DNA from: an uncultured archaeon
GTDB lineage: Archaea; Aenigmatarchaeota; Aenigmatarchaeia; CG10238-14; CAZWBF01
Reading direction: 5' to 3'
Length of the DNA stretch: 45,003 nt
NCBI GenBank assembly: GCA_964632185.1
Contig: CAZWBF010000002.1
Span: forward strand, 1-45,003
The notes under the pieces were generated by a model. The model was not told where the DNA came from and ran no database searches. It worked only from the letters and a program-made list of their open reading frames with translations. Of the stretch, positions 1 to 9,135 are shown piece by piece. Both the position numbers and the translations under genes were made by a program. Positions within the stretch are counted from its first letter, which is position 1, and each line of letters begins with the position of its first letter.

Positions 1-105
1 TTTTTCTAACATTGGCTTAATATATCTATATCCAATCCCAAATAAAGAAATAGCTAAAATTAAAATTATAACAGCAGTAATTATATCTGCTTGTCCTTTT
101 TTCAT
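1..105 (-). CDS. N-terminal fragment of a protein with a class III (type IV pilin-like) signal peptide; runs off the window
   Basis: The minus strand reads ATG AAA AAA GGA CAA GCA GAT..., giving MKKGQADIITAVIILILAISLFGIGYRYIKPMLEK. A short charged head (KKGQ/A) followed by a hydrophobic helix is typical of archaeal prepilin-like signals. The ATG is at 105-103, 1 nt after the stop of the upstream gene. Confidence 0.4.
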   Translation of the reverse strand, partial: MKKGQADIITAVIILILAISLFGIGYRYIKPMLEK

Positions 106-106
106 A

Positions 107-574
107 TTATATTTTTGGTGTAGGACTAATTAATGGTTTTTTCTTTATTACTATTGGCGGTCTTTTTAACTTATCTTTAACTTCTTCCAAACTATTTAGC
201 ATTTCTTCCAAAGTTTCTGAGATTTTCTTATTACTTTCAATAAGTTCTTCTAATTTTTTATCTAAATTAGATTCTTTAGCTTGAGTAGGAGTTTCTTCAG
301 ATGCAGCAGTTTTTATGTATTCTAACAATTCATTTAGTTTAGATACTAATTCCTCAATTCTTGGAACAACTCTTGCTAATTCCATTCTTAACGCATCATT
401 AGCTTTAACAAGCTCGCTAACTATCTCTTGATTTAATCTGATTATACTCACCATTTCTCTGAAAAATTCTTTTTCTCCTCCTTTTGTAGCTTTTTCTAAC
501 TCTTCTACTCTTTTCTCCAATCTTCTTATAGGAGAAAGTGGAACAACTTCATACTCTTCTTTGGTCTTCGGCAT
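107..574 (-). CDS. hypothetical coiled-coil protein (155 aa)
   Basis: Long ORF rich in E/K/L with a heptad-like pattern. No catalytic motif recognised. It abuts the pilin-like ORF. Confidence 0.5.
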   Translation of the reverse strand: MPKTKEEYEVVPLSPIRRLEKRVEELEKATKGGEKEFFREMVSIIRLNQEIVSELVKANDALRMELARVVPRIEELVSKLNELLEYIKTAASEETPTQAKESNLDKKLEELIESNKKISETLEEMLNSLEEVKDKLKRPPIVIKKKPLISPTPKI

Positions 575-625
575 ACTAAATATTAATTGGATAAGAAAAA
601 TAAAAAGTTAAGCATGGTTAAAAAC

Positions 626-2272
626 TTAAGCTTCTGGAGGCATTGGTGGTGTTTCTTTTCCTTTTTCTAGTTTACCTGCAGCAATTACATCATCTATTCT
701 TAATATCATTTCTGCAGCTTCTGCTGCACTCTTTATTGCTTGTGTTTTAACTTTTAATGGCTCAACAACCTTTAATTCAAAAGCATCTTCAACCTTTCCA
801 TTAAATATGTTAATTCCTGCATAAATGTTTCCCTTTTCATGTTCTGACCTTAGTTGAACCAAAACATCTATTGGGTCTAAACCTGCATTTTCAGCTAAAG
901 CTCTTGGTATTACTTCTAATGCTTCAGCAAATGCGCGAATTGCTAATTGCTCTCTTCCTGAATATTTCTCTGCAGCTTTTCTTAATCTTTTTGCAATTTC
1001 TGCCTCTGGAGCACCTGCACCTGCCACTACTTTTCCCAATTCAATAGCTGAAGCTACCGCACCTATTGCATCTTCTATACTCCTATCAACTTCATCTACA
1101 AAATGTTCAGTTGATCCTCTTACTAAAATGCTTACAGCTTTTGGATCTTTACAATCTTTTACAAAAACCATTGATTCTCCTGCTATTTTAACTTCTTCAA
1201 CAGTTTTTGCATATCCTAAATCTTCTGAAGATAAATCATCTATGTTAGTAACTATTCTTCCACCAGTTGCTTTTGCTAGTGCTTCCATATCACTTTTCTT
1301 GACTCTTCTGCATGCCAATATTTTGTTTTTGGCTAAGTAATGCTGAGCTAAATCATCTATTCCTTTTTGGCAAAATACAACGTTAGCACCACTTTCAACG
1401 ATTTTATCTACCATTTTCTTTAGCATCCTTTGCTCTTGCTCTACAAATGCTTGCAATTGTTCAGGACTAGTTATTCTTATTTGAGCATCTGTTTCTGTTT
1501 CTTTAACTTCCAAAGCTGTATCTAGTAAAGCAATTTTTGCATCTTTTATTAATTTTGGCATTCCTGGATGTACAACTTCTTTATCAATTATTATTCCTCT
1601 TACTAGCTGAGTTTCTTCAGAAGACGCTCCATGTTTTTTAATTCTTTTTATATTTTCCTTATCTATTACTATCTTTCCATCTTTTTCTTCTGCAACCATT
1701 TTTATTGCATTTACTACTAAATCAGCTAGCTTATCAGAAGCTTTTTCAACACTCTTGCCAGTCATTGCAGTTAATGCTATTAGTTTTAAAGTATCAGCAT
1801 CTGATAAAGTAACTGACTTAGAAATTTCTTTTAATGCTTTTAATGCTTCATCTCTTGCAATTCTAAATCCTCTTGTAATTACAGTTGGATGTATTTCTTG
1901 GTCAAGCAACTCTTCAGCTTTTTTCAATAATTCTCCAGCAATTACTACACTTGTTGTTGTTCCGTCGCCAACTTCTTCATTCTGAGTCTTTGCTATTTCA
2001 ACCATCATCTTTGCAGCTGGGTGCTCAATTTCCATTTCTTCAAGAATTGTTACTCCATCGTTTGTAATTACTATATCTCCTATAGAATCAACTAGCATTT
2101 TGTCCATTCCTTTTGGTCCTAGAGTTGTTCTTACTGCATCTGCTACAGCTTTTGCTGCAGCTATGTTATTTTTTTGCGCATTTTTTCCTATTTGCCTTAA
2201 AGTTCCTTCTGGTAATATTAAAACAGGTTGTCCACCCAATTGGGCTATTTGTGGTTGTACCATTTTCATCAC
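626..2272 (-). CDS. ths: thermosome / group II chaperonin subunit
   Basis: 548 aa with group II chaperonin signatures ([35 protein letters not shown]) and a C-terminal tail. Confidence 0.95.
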   Translation of the reverse strand: MMKMVQPQIAQLGGQPVLILPEGTLRQIGKNAQKNNIAAAKAVADAVRTTLGPKGMDKMLVDSIGDIVITNDGVTILEEMEIEHPAAKMMVEIAKTQNEEVGDGTTTSVVIAGELLKKAEELLDQEIHPTVITRGFRIARDEALKALKEISKSVTLSDADTLKLIALTAMTGKSVEKASDKLADLVVNAIKMVAEEKDGKIVIDKENIKRIKKHGASSEETQLVRGIIIDKEVVHPGMPKLIKDAKIALLDTALEVKETETDAQIRITSPEQLQAFVEQEQRMLKKMVDKIVESGANVVFCQKGIDDLAQHYLAKNKILACRRVKKSDMEALAKATGGRIVTNIDDLSSEDLGYAKTVEEVKIAGESMVFVKDCKDPKAVSILVRGSTEHFVDEVDRSIEDAIGAVASAIELGKVVAGAGAPEAEIAKRLRKAAEKYSGREQLAIRAFAEALEVIPRALAENAGLDPIDVLVQLRSEHEKGNIYAGINIFNGKVEDAFELKVVEPLKVKTQAIKSAAEAAEMILRIDDVIAAGKLEKGKETPPMPPEA

Positions 2273-2301
2273 TAAAATAATGTATACCTACATACATATA
2301 T

Positions 2302-3201
2302 TTAAATTTTTCTTTCAATTTTTTCTAGTAGCTCTTTTGAAGAAAAAATTTCTAAAAGCTCATTTTTTGAAATTATAGGATATTCGATTTTTTCTTTCAC
2401 TTCTCTTTTCGCTACATAAAGTGTTAAAGAAGAAAAAATTGAAGATAACTTTTCAATTCTTTCTGCATCAACTTTAATTTCTTTAATTTTTTCGAAAGAT
2501 TTTGTAATTATTGGAAATTTTTCTTTTCCAATCAAATTGAATGGTGCAAAAAAAACTGCAGTATTTTCAATTCCCAAATCAAAAAGTTTATTACTTATCT
2601 CTTTTTCTACTTTCTCTTTCGGCTCTATAAAAACTTTTTTTGGTTCAGAAGGATTAAATGGAACTATTAATTTCGTCTTCAAAATTTTTTCTAATCTTTT
2701 AGCAGTTTCTTCTTTTGGTAAAACTCTTCCATTTTCTATTTCATACAATGCTTTTTTCGAAATATTTGCAAGTTTAGATAGCTCATTCAAAGAATAATTT
2801 AACTCTCTTCTTCTTTCTCTTAATTTTTCACAAAAAATTTTAACAACATGTTTTCCTCTTGAAGAAAATGAAGGATAAATTTCTTCATTAACCATCTTTT
2901 TAAATGTATTTGGTGTTAAAACATCTAAATCAAAACGAGAATAGATAACTTCATCTCTCAATTTATCTCTTCCGTTTTTCAATGAAATTATAATAGGTAT
3001 GGCAGAAAGAAAATAAGAAATAGCTTTTAAACTTAGTGAATGACCTCTTGAAAATGCATCAATATTTACAAGAACTTTTAATAAAAATTTTTCTTTTTTT
3101 CTTGCCGCAATATCAAAGCATCCACTACAAAATGAAATTTTGTAATCATTTTTAACTAAAGTTTTTGCAATATCCTGAACAATAAAAAATTTCTCGAACA
3201 T
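2302..3201 (-). CDS. putative transcriptional regulator with a central XRE-type HTH
   Basis: 299 aa. The segment [37 protein letters not shown] looks like an HTH_3/XRE helix-turn-helix. The architecture resembles archaeal COG1395-type regulators (from memory). Confidence 0.55.
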   Translation of the reverse strand: MFEKFFIVQDIAKTLVKNDYKISFCSGCFDIAARKKEKFLLKVLVNIDAFSRGHSLSLKAISYFLSAIPIIISLKNGRDKLRDEVIYSRFDLDVLTPNTFKKMVNEEIYPSFSSRGKHVVKIFCEKLRERRRELNYSLNELSKLANISKKALYEIENGRVLPKEETAKRLEKILKTKLIVPFNPSEPKKVFIEPKEKVEKEISNKLFDLGIENTAVFFAPFNLIGKEKFPIITKSFEKIKEIKVDAERIEKLSSIFSSLTLYVAKREVKEKIEYPIISKNELLEIFSSKELLEKIERKI

Positions 3202-3239
3202 TTACCAAATAAAAATTTATAATAAATAAATTTATATGT

Positions 3240-3331
3240 GGGCCGGTAGCTCAGCCAGGTTAGAGCAACGGTCTTATAAGGCCACTGAGCATAAAAACCG
3301 TAGGTCGTGGGTTCAAATCCCACCCGGCCCA
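3240..3331 (+). tRNA. tRNA-Ile (anticodon UAU) with a 17-nt intron at the canonical 37/38 site; no encoded CCA
   Basis: Manual cloverleaf: acceptor GGGCCGG/CCGGCCC, D arm GCTC-AGCCAGGTTA-GAGC, anticodon stem ACGGT/ACCGT, T arm GTGGG-TTCAAAT-CCCAC. There are 24 nt between the anticodon-stem halves (CTTATA[AGGCCACTGAGCATAAA]A). Confidence 0.8.
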
Positions 3332-3384
3332 TTAGATAACTCTTAAAATCTAAATAGAAATTAAGTAGTATTCTAATTTTAATT

Positions 3385-4410
3385 ATGCAACTCTTGAAAG
3401 ATGAAAATGTTTTGTTGGCAGAATATTTACCAGAATTTTTACCTCATAGGGAAAATCAAATTAAGCAGTTAGCAAATAATTTATTGCCAGCCTCTAAAGG
3501 AAGAAATCCTCAAAATACTTTTATTTATGGTCCTCCTGGTATTGGTAAAACTGCTTGTGTAAAATTTGTATTTAGAGAGTTTGAAAAATATAGCGAGAAA
3601 GTAAAGACAATTTATATTAATTGTTGGGATTATAAAACTGTTTATTCAAATTTAGTAAAAGCTGCTTTAAGCTTAGGAATTTTTGTTCCTAGAAGAGGGT
3701 GGGGAAAGGATGAAATTATAGAAAAAATTGTTGAATGGCTTAATAAGACAAAAAAGAGTTTAATAGTTTGTTTAGATGAAGTTGACCAATTGGAAGAAGA
3801 AGCATTGTATGATTGGTTAAGGTTAAATCAATACGTTAAGAATCCTATTGGAATTGTTTTTATTTCAAATCATAAAGATGTATTTGTTGATAAAGAGCCG
3901 AGAATAAGAAGTAGTTTAAGAATTGAAGAAATAGAATTTAAACCTTATACTTTTAATGAAATGAAAGATATTTTATTGGAAAGGGCTAAACTAGCTTTTA
4001 CAAGTTTTGAAAATGCAGCAATATTGTTAGCTGCAAGTTATGCAATAAATAAAGGTGGGGATGTAAGAGTTGGTTTAGAATGCTTGTTAAAAGCTGGAAG
4101 AATTGCAGATAGAGAAAATGCAAGTAAGTTAAAAGTTGAACATGTAAAAAAAGTTTTAGGTAAAGTAAAAGAAGTGAAACCAAAAATTATAGAAAAAAAG
4201 TTGAGTAAAGTTGAGAAAATAATAATGGACTTGTTAAAAGAAAGACCTTATACTTCCGGCGAACTATATAAAAAAGTCTCAGAAAAAATTAAGATAAGTG
4301 AAAGAAAGCTTAGAGATTATGTAAATAATTTAGCAAAAAGAAAGTTGATAAAAGTTGAGGAAAAAAGATTAAAGACAAGAGGATATACAAGAATTATATC
4401 AAAAATTTAA
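3385..4410 (+). CDS. cdc6: Orc1/Cdc6 replication initiator
   Basis: 341 aa with Walker A GPPGIGKT, Walker B LIVCLDEVD, an AAA+ lid and a C-terminal winged helix. The N-terminal LPHRENQIKQL is typical of the family. Confidence 0.93.
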   Translation: MQLLKDENVLLAEYLPEFLPHRENQIKQLANNLLPASKGRNPQNTFIYGPPGIGKTACVKFVFREFEKYSEKVKTIYINCWDYKTVYSNLVKAALSLGIFVPRRGWGKDEIIEKIVEWLNKTKKSLIVCLDEVDQLEEEALYDWLRLNQYVKNPIGIVFISNHKDVFVDKEPRIRSSLRIEEIEFKPYTFNEMKDILLERAKLAFTSFENAAILLAASYAINKGGDVRVGLECLLKAGRIADRENASKLKVEHVKKVLGKVKEVKPKIIEKKLSKVEKIIMDLLKERPYTSGELYKKVSEKIKISERKLRDYVNNLAKRKLIKVEEKRLKTRGYTRIISKI

Positions 4411-4432
4411 GACCAAAATATAAAATTAAATT

Positions 4433-5491
4433 GTGAGTTCTGAAATTTTAGAACTTGAGCAAAAAGTATATTCTATATCTATTATATTAGATCCAGATAT
4501 TCTTGATCAATATAAAAAAATTTTGATTTTTTGTAAATCTGATGAAGAATTGAAAAAGTTAGAAAAAGTTTTATCATATGAAAAAAGTAAAGAAAATCTT
4601 GAAAATATTTATAAAAAGATTTTATCCATTTACAATTCTCATAAACGCATTCTTCTTCACTTTGAAAACAACATTTTAAAAATAGAAGGAATTTATCAAA
4701 ACTTGCTTAAAGAGTTTTCCAATGAAAATATTGAAAATTTTTATAGATATGCATCTGATTTTCATTTAAGCGTTAAAAAAATTTTTGATGTTAGAAGAAA
4801 TTTCTATTATTCAAAATTTAATGAGTTAAAAAATAATTTGAAAGAAAAAGTTGAGAGAGTTGAAAATTCTCCCTTTGTTAATTTAATTAAAACTGCTTCA
4901 GAAATTGAAAATAATATAAATGAGCTTAAAATAATGAGCTTAAGTGAAGATTTTGTCAATAAAAAAATTAAAAGCCTTTCTCCACTTCTTGAAAATATTG
5001 AAGAATTTGCTAGGAATGAAAATGATAAAGAGTTGTTAGTTGAAACTAGAAATTTAAGAAGGCGTCTAATTTCTATTAAAAATATAAATAAAGAGAATTT
5101 GGAAGATCTTGAAAATTATGGAAAATTTCTGAGAAAGATTGCTAGCGAGTATTTAAATAGCAAAAGAAAGGTAGAAGAAAATTTATTTGAAATTTCTATA
5201 GAAAGTGATGTTGAAACACTTGAAAGGCTAATAGATGAAATTCAACTCATTGACAAACCTTATGGCACTTGGGGATTGGTAAAGGACTTTCTCGAGAATT
5301 CAATAAAAGATTTGGATAGAATAGGTGAAAAAGATTTAGCTGAAGAAATGAGTGAACTTTACAAACTTTTACAAAAAATAAATGAAAAGACTTATCTACC
5401 AGATTCTTCAACAGAAAAAATTAAAAGCTTTTTTGATAAAATAATTTCAAAAATAGTAAAAAAATATATGGAATTAAAAAGTTTAGATTAG
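4433..5491 (+). CDS. hypothetical coiled-coil protein (352 aa, GTG start)
   Basis: Long K/E/N/L-rich ORF starting 22 nt after cdc6. No motif recognised. Confidence 0.45.
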   Translation: MSSEILELEQKVYSISIILDPDILDQYKKILIFCKSDEELKKLEKVLSYEKSKENLENIYKKILSIYNSHKRILLHFENNILKIEGIYQNLLKEFSNENIENFYRYASDFHLSVKKIFDVRRNFYYSKFNELKNNLKEKVERVENSPFVNLIKTASEIENNINELKIMSLSEDFVNKKIKSLSPLLENIEEFARNENDKELLVETRNLRRRLISIKNINKENLEDLENYGKFLRKIASEYLNSKRKVEENLFEISIESDVETLERLIDEIQLIDKPYGTWGLVKDFLENSIKDLDRIGEKDLAEEMSELYKLLQKINEKTYLPDSSTEKIKSFFDKIISKIVKKYMELKSLD

Positions 5492-6511
5492 ATGAGCTTC
5501 TAAAAAATTTCTTTTAATACATTTTCTAATTTCTTCTATTTCCATATCAAAATATTTTGCTTGGATTATGCTAGTATAAAATTCATTTATATTAAAATTT
5601 TTTCTCTTCAAATTGTAAAGTTTTAGGGCAAAATCAATTACTTCCTCTTTTTTATCAGATTTAAAAATTTTTCTGCAAATCTCTTTTACATTTTCTATTT
5701 TTTCATATGGCTGTAAAGATGTAATTATAATAGTTTCAAATATTCTTGCTAATCTAAACAATTCGTAGGCATTTTCCCTAATAAACTTTGCCTTGATTAA
5801 TAATGGTTCTTTAGTTAAAGAAACTTCTTTTTTCTCTCCGATAAGCAAAGTTGGAAAATTATATTTCATCCCTAATTCGATTAGCTCTTTATCTAGAATT
5901 ATATCGTCCGTTACAAAAACACAAAAATCTGCTTTATCAGAACTTAAAATTTTTTCAACATAATTAGCTTTATTTTTTCCAATCATCACATCAATATCTG
6001 CAAGCATATTGTTATCAAAATAAAGAGTTGAACCTTTAACTTCTATCTCCAAATTTTTTGGAAATCTTTGAGCTAAAAATCTTACTGCTGGATCAAAGCT
6101 TCCTGAAATTAAATATAAATCATAACCTAATTTTTTAATATCAATTATAGCTGGGTAAAAATTTTTTACAAACCTAAAATTTTCTGCTGCTTTTCTACAT
6201 GCAAATTCAATTAATTTTTTGTCTAAGCTGCAACTCAAAATTTTTTCTTTTGCTTTTTCCACATACTCTTTTTTCCCATCTTGTGCTTTTCTAATAAATT
6301 TTGAAATTTCAGAAAGATTTTCTCTGAATTTTTTGTTGTAAGAAGAAAGGGTTGAAAAAATGTTTGAAAGTAAACTTGGAGAATTGACAGAATTTAAAGT
6401 ATCGTCAATATCTAATATACAATATTTTTTCTGGTCAAGTATTCTTTTGGGATAAGGGTCAAAGTCTTCATCAAAAGCGTATTTGAATAAGTCTTCAATC
6501 TTATTTTCCAT
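5483..6511 (-). CDS. HAD-superfamily (subfamily IB-like) hydrolase with a C-terminal extension
   Basis: HAD motifs in the correct order: I = ILDIDDTLN (DxDxT), II = LISGS, III = GKNKANYVE, IV = FVTDD. Confidence 0.6.
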   Translation of the reverse strand: MENKIEDLFKYAFDEDFDPYPKRILDQKKYCILDIDDTLNSVNSPSLLSNIFSTLSSYNKKFRENLSEISKFIRKAQDGKKEYVEKAKEKILSCSLDKKLIEFACRKAAENFRFVKNFYPAIIDIKKLGYDLYLISGSFDPAVRFLAQRFPKNLEIEVKGSTLYFDNNMLADIDVMIGKNKANYVEKILSSDKADFCVFVTDDIILDKELIELGMKYNFPTLLIGEKKEVSLTKEPLLIKAKFIRENAYELFRLARIFETIIITSLQPYEKIENVKEICRKIFKSDKKEEVIDFALKLYNLKRKNFNINEFYTSIIQAKYFDMEIEEIRKCIKRNFLEAHLI

Positions 6512-6761
6512 AAAAATTTATTCTATTGTTTGTTCTTTAAGAATCACTATTTCTTTTTCTCTTTCCTTTATACATCTTTTAAGTAAGGAATATAATCATT
6601 AAAAATAATTACACCTTGAGCTATCAATTCTCGTGAACCTTTTTGTTGTATTTTCAATTTTTTCTTTAATTCCCTATATTCATTTATATATTCATCTAAT
6701 TTTGCTTGGTAAAGCATAATTATTACTACTATTTAGTAGTATTTAAATATTTAGAATTAGT

Positions 6762-7769
6762 TTAACCACAACTTCCACTAGAGCTAGAGCTAACTTCCTC
6801 CAAGCTACCAAAGCCAGGAGATGGTGTGTTTTCAGATAATTTTTGATTACATTCTTCTGGTGGATTATTAAATGCATTACAAATTGTTTGTTTTAATATT
6901 TCTGGTGTTCTACTAACACTTACTACTTTATCATTAATTACTAAAGTTGGAGAACCTCTGACACCATATTTCTGGTTTAATTCAAGCTCAACATCCCATT
7001 TTGGAAATCTTCCATTATACCATGTACTTGTGTCATTGTAATTTTCATATACTTTGTATTGTTCATCAACTTCATTTATGCAATTTTCCATTTTTTGCAC
7101 ATCTATTCCTACTTTGCTTGCACATTTATCAAAATCTCCTTCTTGAACAAAGCAAGTTAGATAATCAAAATATTTATTATTCTGTTCTTTCTGAATGCAA
7201 TACTGTCTTAAACTTTCATCCAACTCTTTCTTTCCATGCATTATGTAATAAACAAAATGAACTTTAAAGTTTGCTTTATCTTTCAACAAATCAATTACTG
7301 GTAATAAAGCTTTTTCCATTTGTAGACCAAATGGACAATATGTCATAACAAATAATTTAACTTCTGGCTTATCACTCTTTGGAATTTCTGGAGTTTGTTG
7401 CTGAGGTTGTTGCTGTGGCTGTGTCTCTTCTGTTCTTAATTTCTGTGAAGTATCTAGAGGAGAAGAAACAAACAAATATTTTCCATCTTTTGTTATATAA
7501 ACTGGAATTTCATTACCTTGATATTTTGTTAAAACTTTATAAACTCCACTTATTTCTTCAACAGAAACTAATTCAGCTTTTGTTCCTCCTTGAACTAAAT
7601 TTTCATTAATAAAATCTATTGCTTTTTTTGCTGCCTGATCTTTTGATAATATAAAAAATCCAACTTTAGGAATAGGTTTTATTAAAGAATAAACTATATA
7701 GAGAGAAAGGATAACTATTATAGATATTAGTGCTAGATTAAGTTTCGAGAGTTTGCCATTTAATTTCAT
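6762..7769 (-). CDS. membrane-anchored thioredoxin-fold (DsbA-like) protein with a monothiol CPFG site
   Basis: N-terminal TM helix (LNLALISIIVILSLYIVYSL), a Q/P-rich linker (QPQQQPQQQTPEIP), then FVMTYCPFG plus a cis-Pro loop GVRGSPTLVIN, typical of the DsbA/thioredoxin_4 fold. Confidence 0.55.
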   Translation of the reverse strand: MKLNGKLSKLNLALISIIVILSLYIVYSLIKPIPKVGFFILSKDQAAKKAIDFINENLVQGGTKAELVSVEEISGVYKVLTKYQGNEIPVYITKDGKYLFVSSPLDTSQKLRTEETQPQQQPQQQTPEIPKSDKPEVKLFVMTYCPFGLQMEKALLPVIDLLKDKANFKVHFVYYIMHGKKELDESLRQYCIQKEQNNKYFDYLTCFVQEGDFDKCASKVGIDVQKMENCINEVDEQYKVYENYNDTSTWYNGRFPKWDVELELNQKYGVRGSPTLVINDKVVSVSRTPEILKQTICNAFNNPPEECNQKLSENTPSPGFGSLEEVSSSSSGSCG

Positions 7770-7823
7770 AATCTTATAAATAGAGAGTAATGCTTATATT
7801 TCTTTCATTACAAAAAATTAATT

Positions 7824-9101
7824 TTATTTCGCTTTAACAACATCTAAACAAATTCCTGCTGCAACTGTCATTCCCATATCTCTTATTGCAAATCTTGCCA
7901 ATTCTGGAAATTCAGAATACTTTTCTATTGCTAATGGTTTCAAAGGAACAACTCTTATCTTTGCTGCATCTCCAGCTTTTATAAACTCTGGTTTTTCTTG
8001 AATCACTTGCCCAGTTTTTGGATCAATCTTTGCAATTATTTCCTCAATTCTACCTGCAACACTTGCAGTATGAATATGAAAAACTGGAGTATAACCAGGA
8101 GCTATAACAGATGGATGCTGCAAAACAACAATTTGAGCAGTAAATTCTTTTGCAACTGTTGGAGGATTGTCTGGATGACCAGCTACATCCCCTCTCTTAA
8201 TATCTGCTTTGCTAACTCCTCTAACATTAAATCCAATATTATCTCCGGGTTCAGCCTTATCTATTTGCTGATGATGTATTTCTATACTTTTAACTTCTCC
8301 CTTTACTCCAGATGGTTCAAAAACTAAAACATCGTTAACTTTTAGAACTCCAGTCTCAACTCTTCCTACTGGTACAGTTCCTACACCAGTTATGGAATAA
8401 ACATCTTGAATTGGAATTCTTAATGGCTTGTCAATTGGCTTTGGAGGAAGAGTTATATATTGGTCTAAAGCTTCAACCAAAGTTGGCCCAGTATACCAAG
8501 CCATCTTATCGCTTTTCTTAACAACATTATCTCCGACATAAGCTGAAACTGGTACAAATGGTATATTCTCAACTTTGTAACCTACTCCTTTTAATAACTT
8601 TGTAACTTCTTCTTTTACTTCATTAAATCTCTTTTCATCATAATTTATTGTATCCATCTTATTCATTGCAACTATTATTTGATTAATTCCAAGAACTTTC
8701 ATTAGCCAAACATGTTCTTTTGTTTGCTCTTGAACTCCTTCTCCAGTTTTACAAGAAACAACAAGAATTGCAGCATCTGCTTGCGAAGCTCCAGTAATCA
8801 TGTTTTTAACAAAATCTCTATGTCCAGGACAATCAATTACGGTAAAGAAATATTTTTGAGTTTCAAATGGTCTATGCATTATATCAATAGTTAGTCCTCT
8901 TGCCCTCTCTTCCTTTAATCTATCCATAACAAAAGCAAATTCAAATGTTTCCTTTTTCAATTCAGTTGCCAATTCCTTCAACTTTCTTAGTTCTTCTTCT
9001 CTAATTGCACCAGAATCAAAAAGTAATCTTCCCACTAAAGTCGATTTTCCACTATCTACATGTCCAGCGGTTATCAAGTTTATATGTGGTTTGGCTGGCA
9101 T
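7824..9101 (-). CDS. tuf: translation elongation factor aEF-1 alpha
   Basis: 425 aa with G1 [10 protein letters not shown]3 DCPGHRDF and G4 NKMD. Confidence 0.97.
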   Translation of the reverse strand: MPAKPHINLITAGHVDSGKSTLVGRLLFDSGAIREEELRKLKELATELKKETFEFAFVMDRLKEERARGLTIDIMHRPFETQKYFFTVIDCPGHRDFVKNMITGASQADAAILVVSCKTGEGVQEQTKEHVWLMKVLGINQIIVAMNKMDTINYDEKRFNEVKEEVTKLLKGVGYKVENIPFVPVSAYVGDNVVKKSDKMAWYTGPTLVEALDQYITLPPKPIDKPLRIPIQDVYSITGVGTVPVGRVETGVLKVNDVLVFEPSGVKGEVKSIEIHHQQIDKAEPGDNIGFNVRGVSKADIKRGDVAGHPDNPPTVAKEFTAQIVVLQHPSVIAPGYTPVFHIHTASVAGRIEEIIAKIDPKTGQVIQEKPEFIKAGDAAKIRVVPLKPLAIEKYSEFPELARFAIRDMGMTVAAGICLDVVKAK

Positions 9102-9135
9102 AGTATTAATTTATTGTATATCATATTTAAATATT

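Noticed and set aside
1128-2378. Four plus-strand ORFs (1128-1340, 1755-1985, 1885-2067, 2100-2378) inside or antisense to the thermosome gene
   Set aside because: They are antisense to a very confidently identified gene. They are low-complexity, S/F/L/I-rich peptides typical of the reverse frame of K/E-rich genes.
3202-3384. Replication origin (ORB/mini-ORB repeats) next to cdc6
   Set aside because: The flanks of cdc6 are short and largely occupied by tRNA-Ile. I saw no repeated ORB-like elements or a long AT-rich unwinding region, so this cannot be supported by eye.
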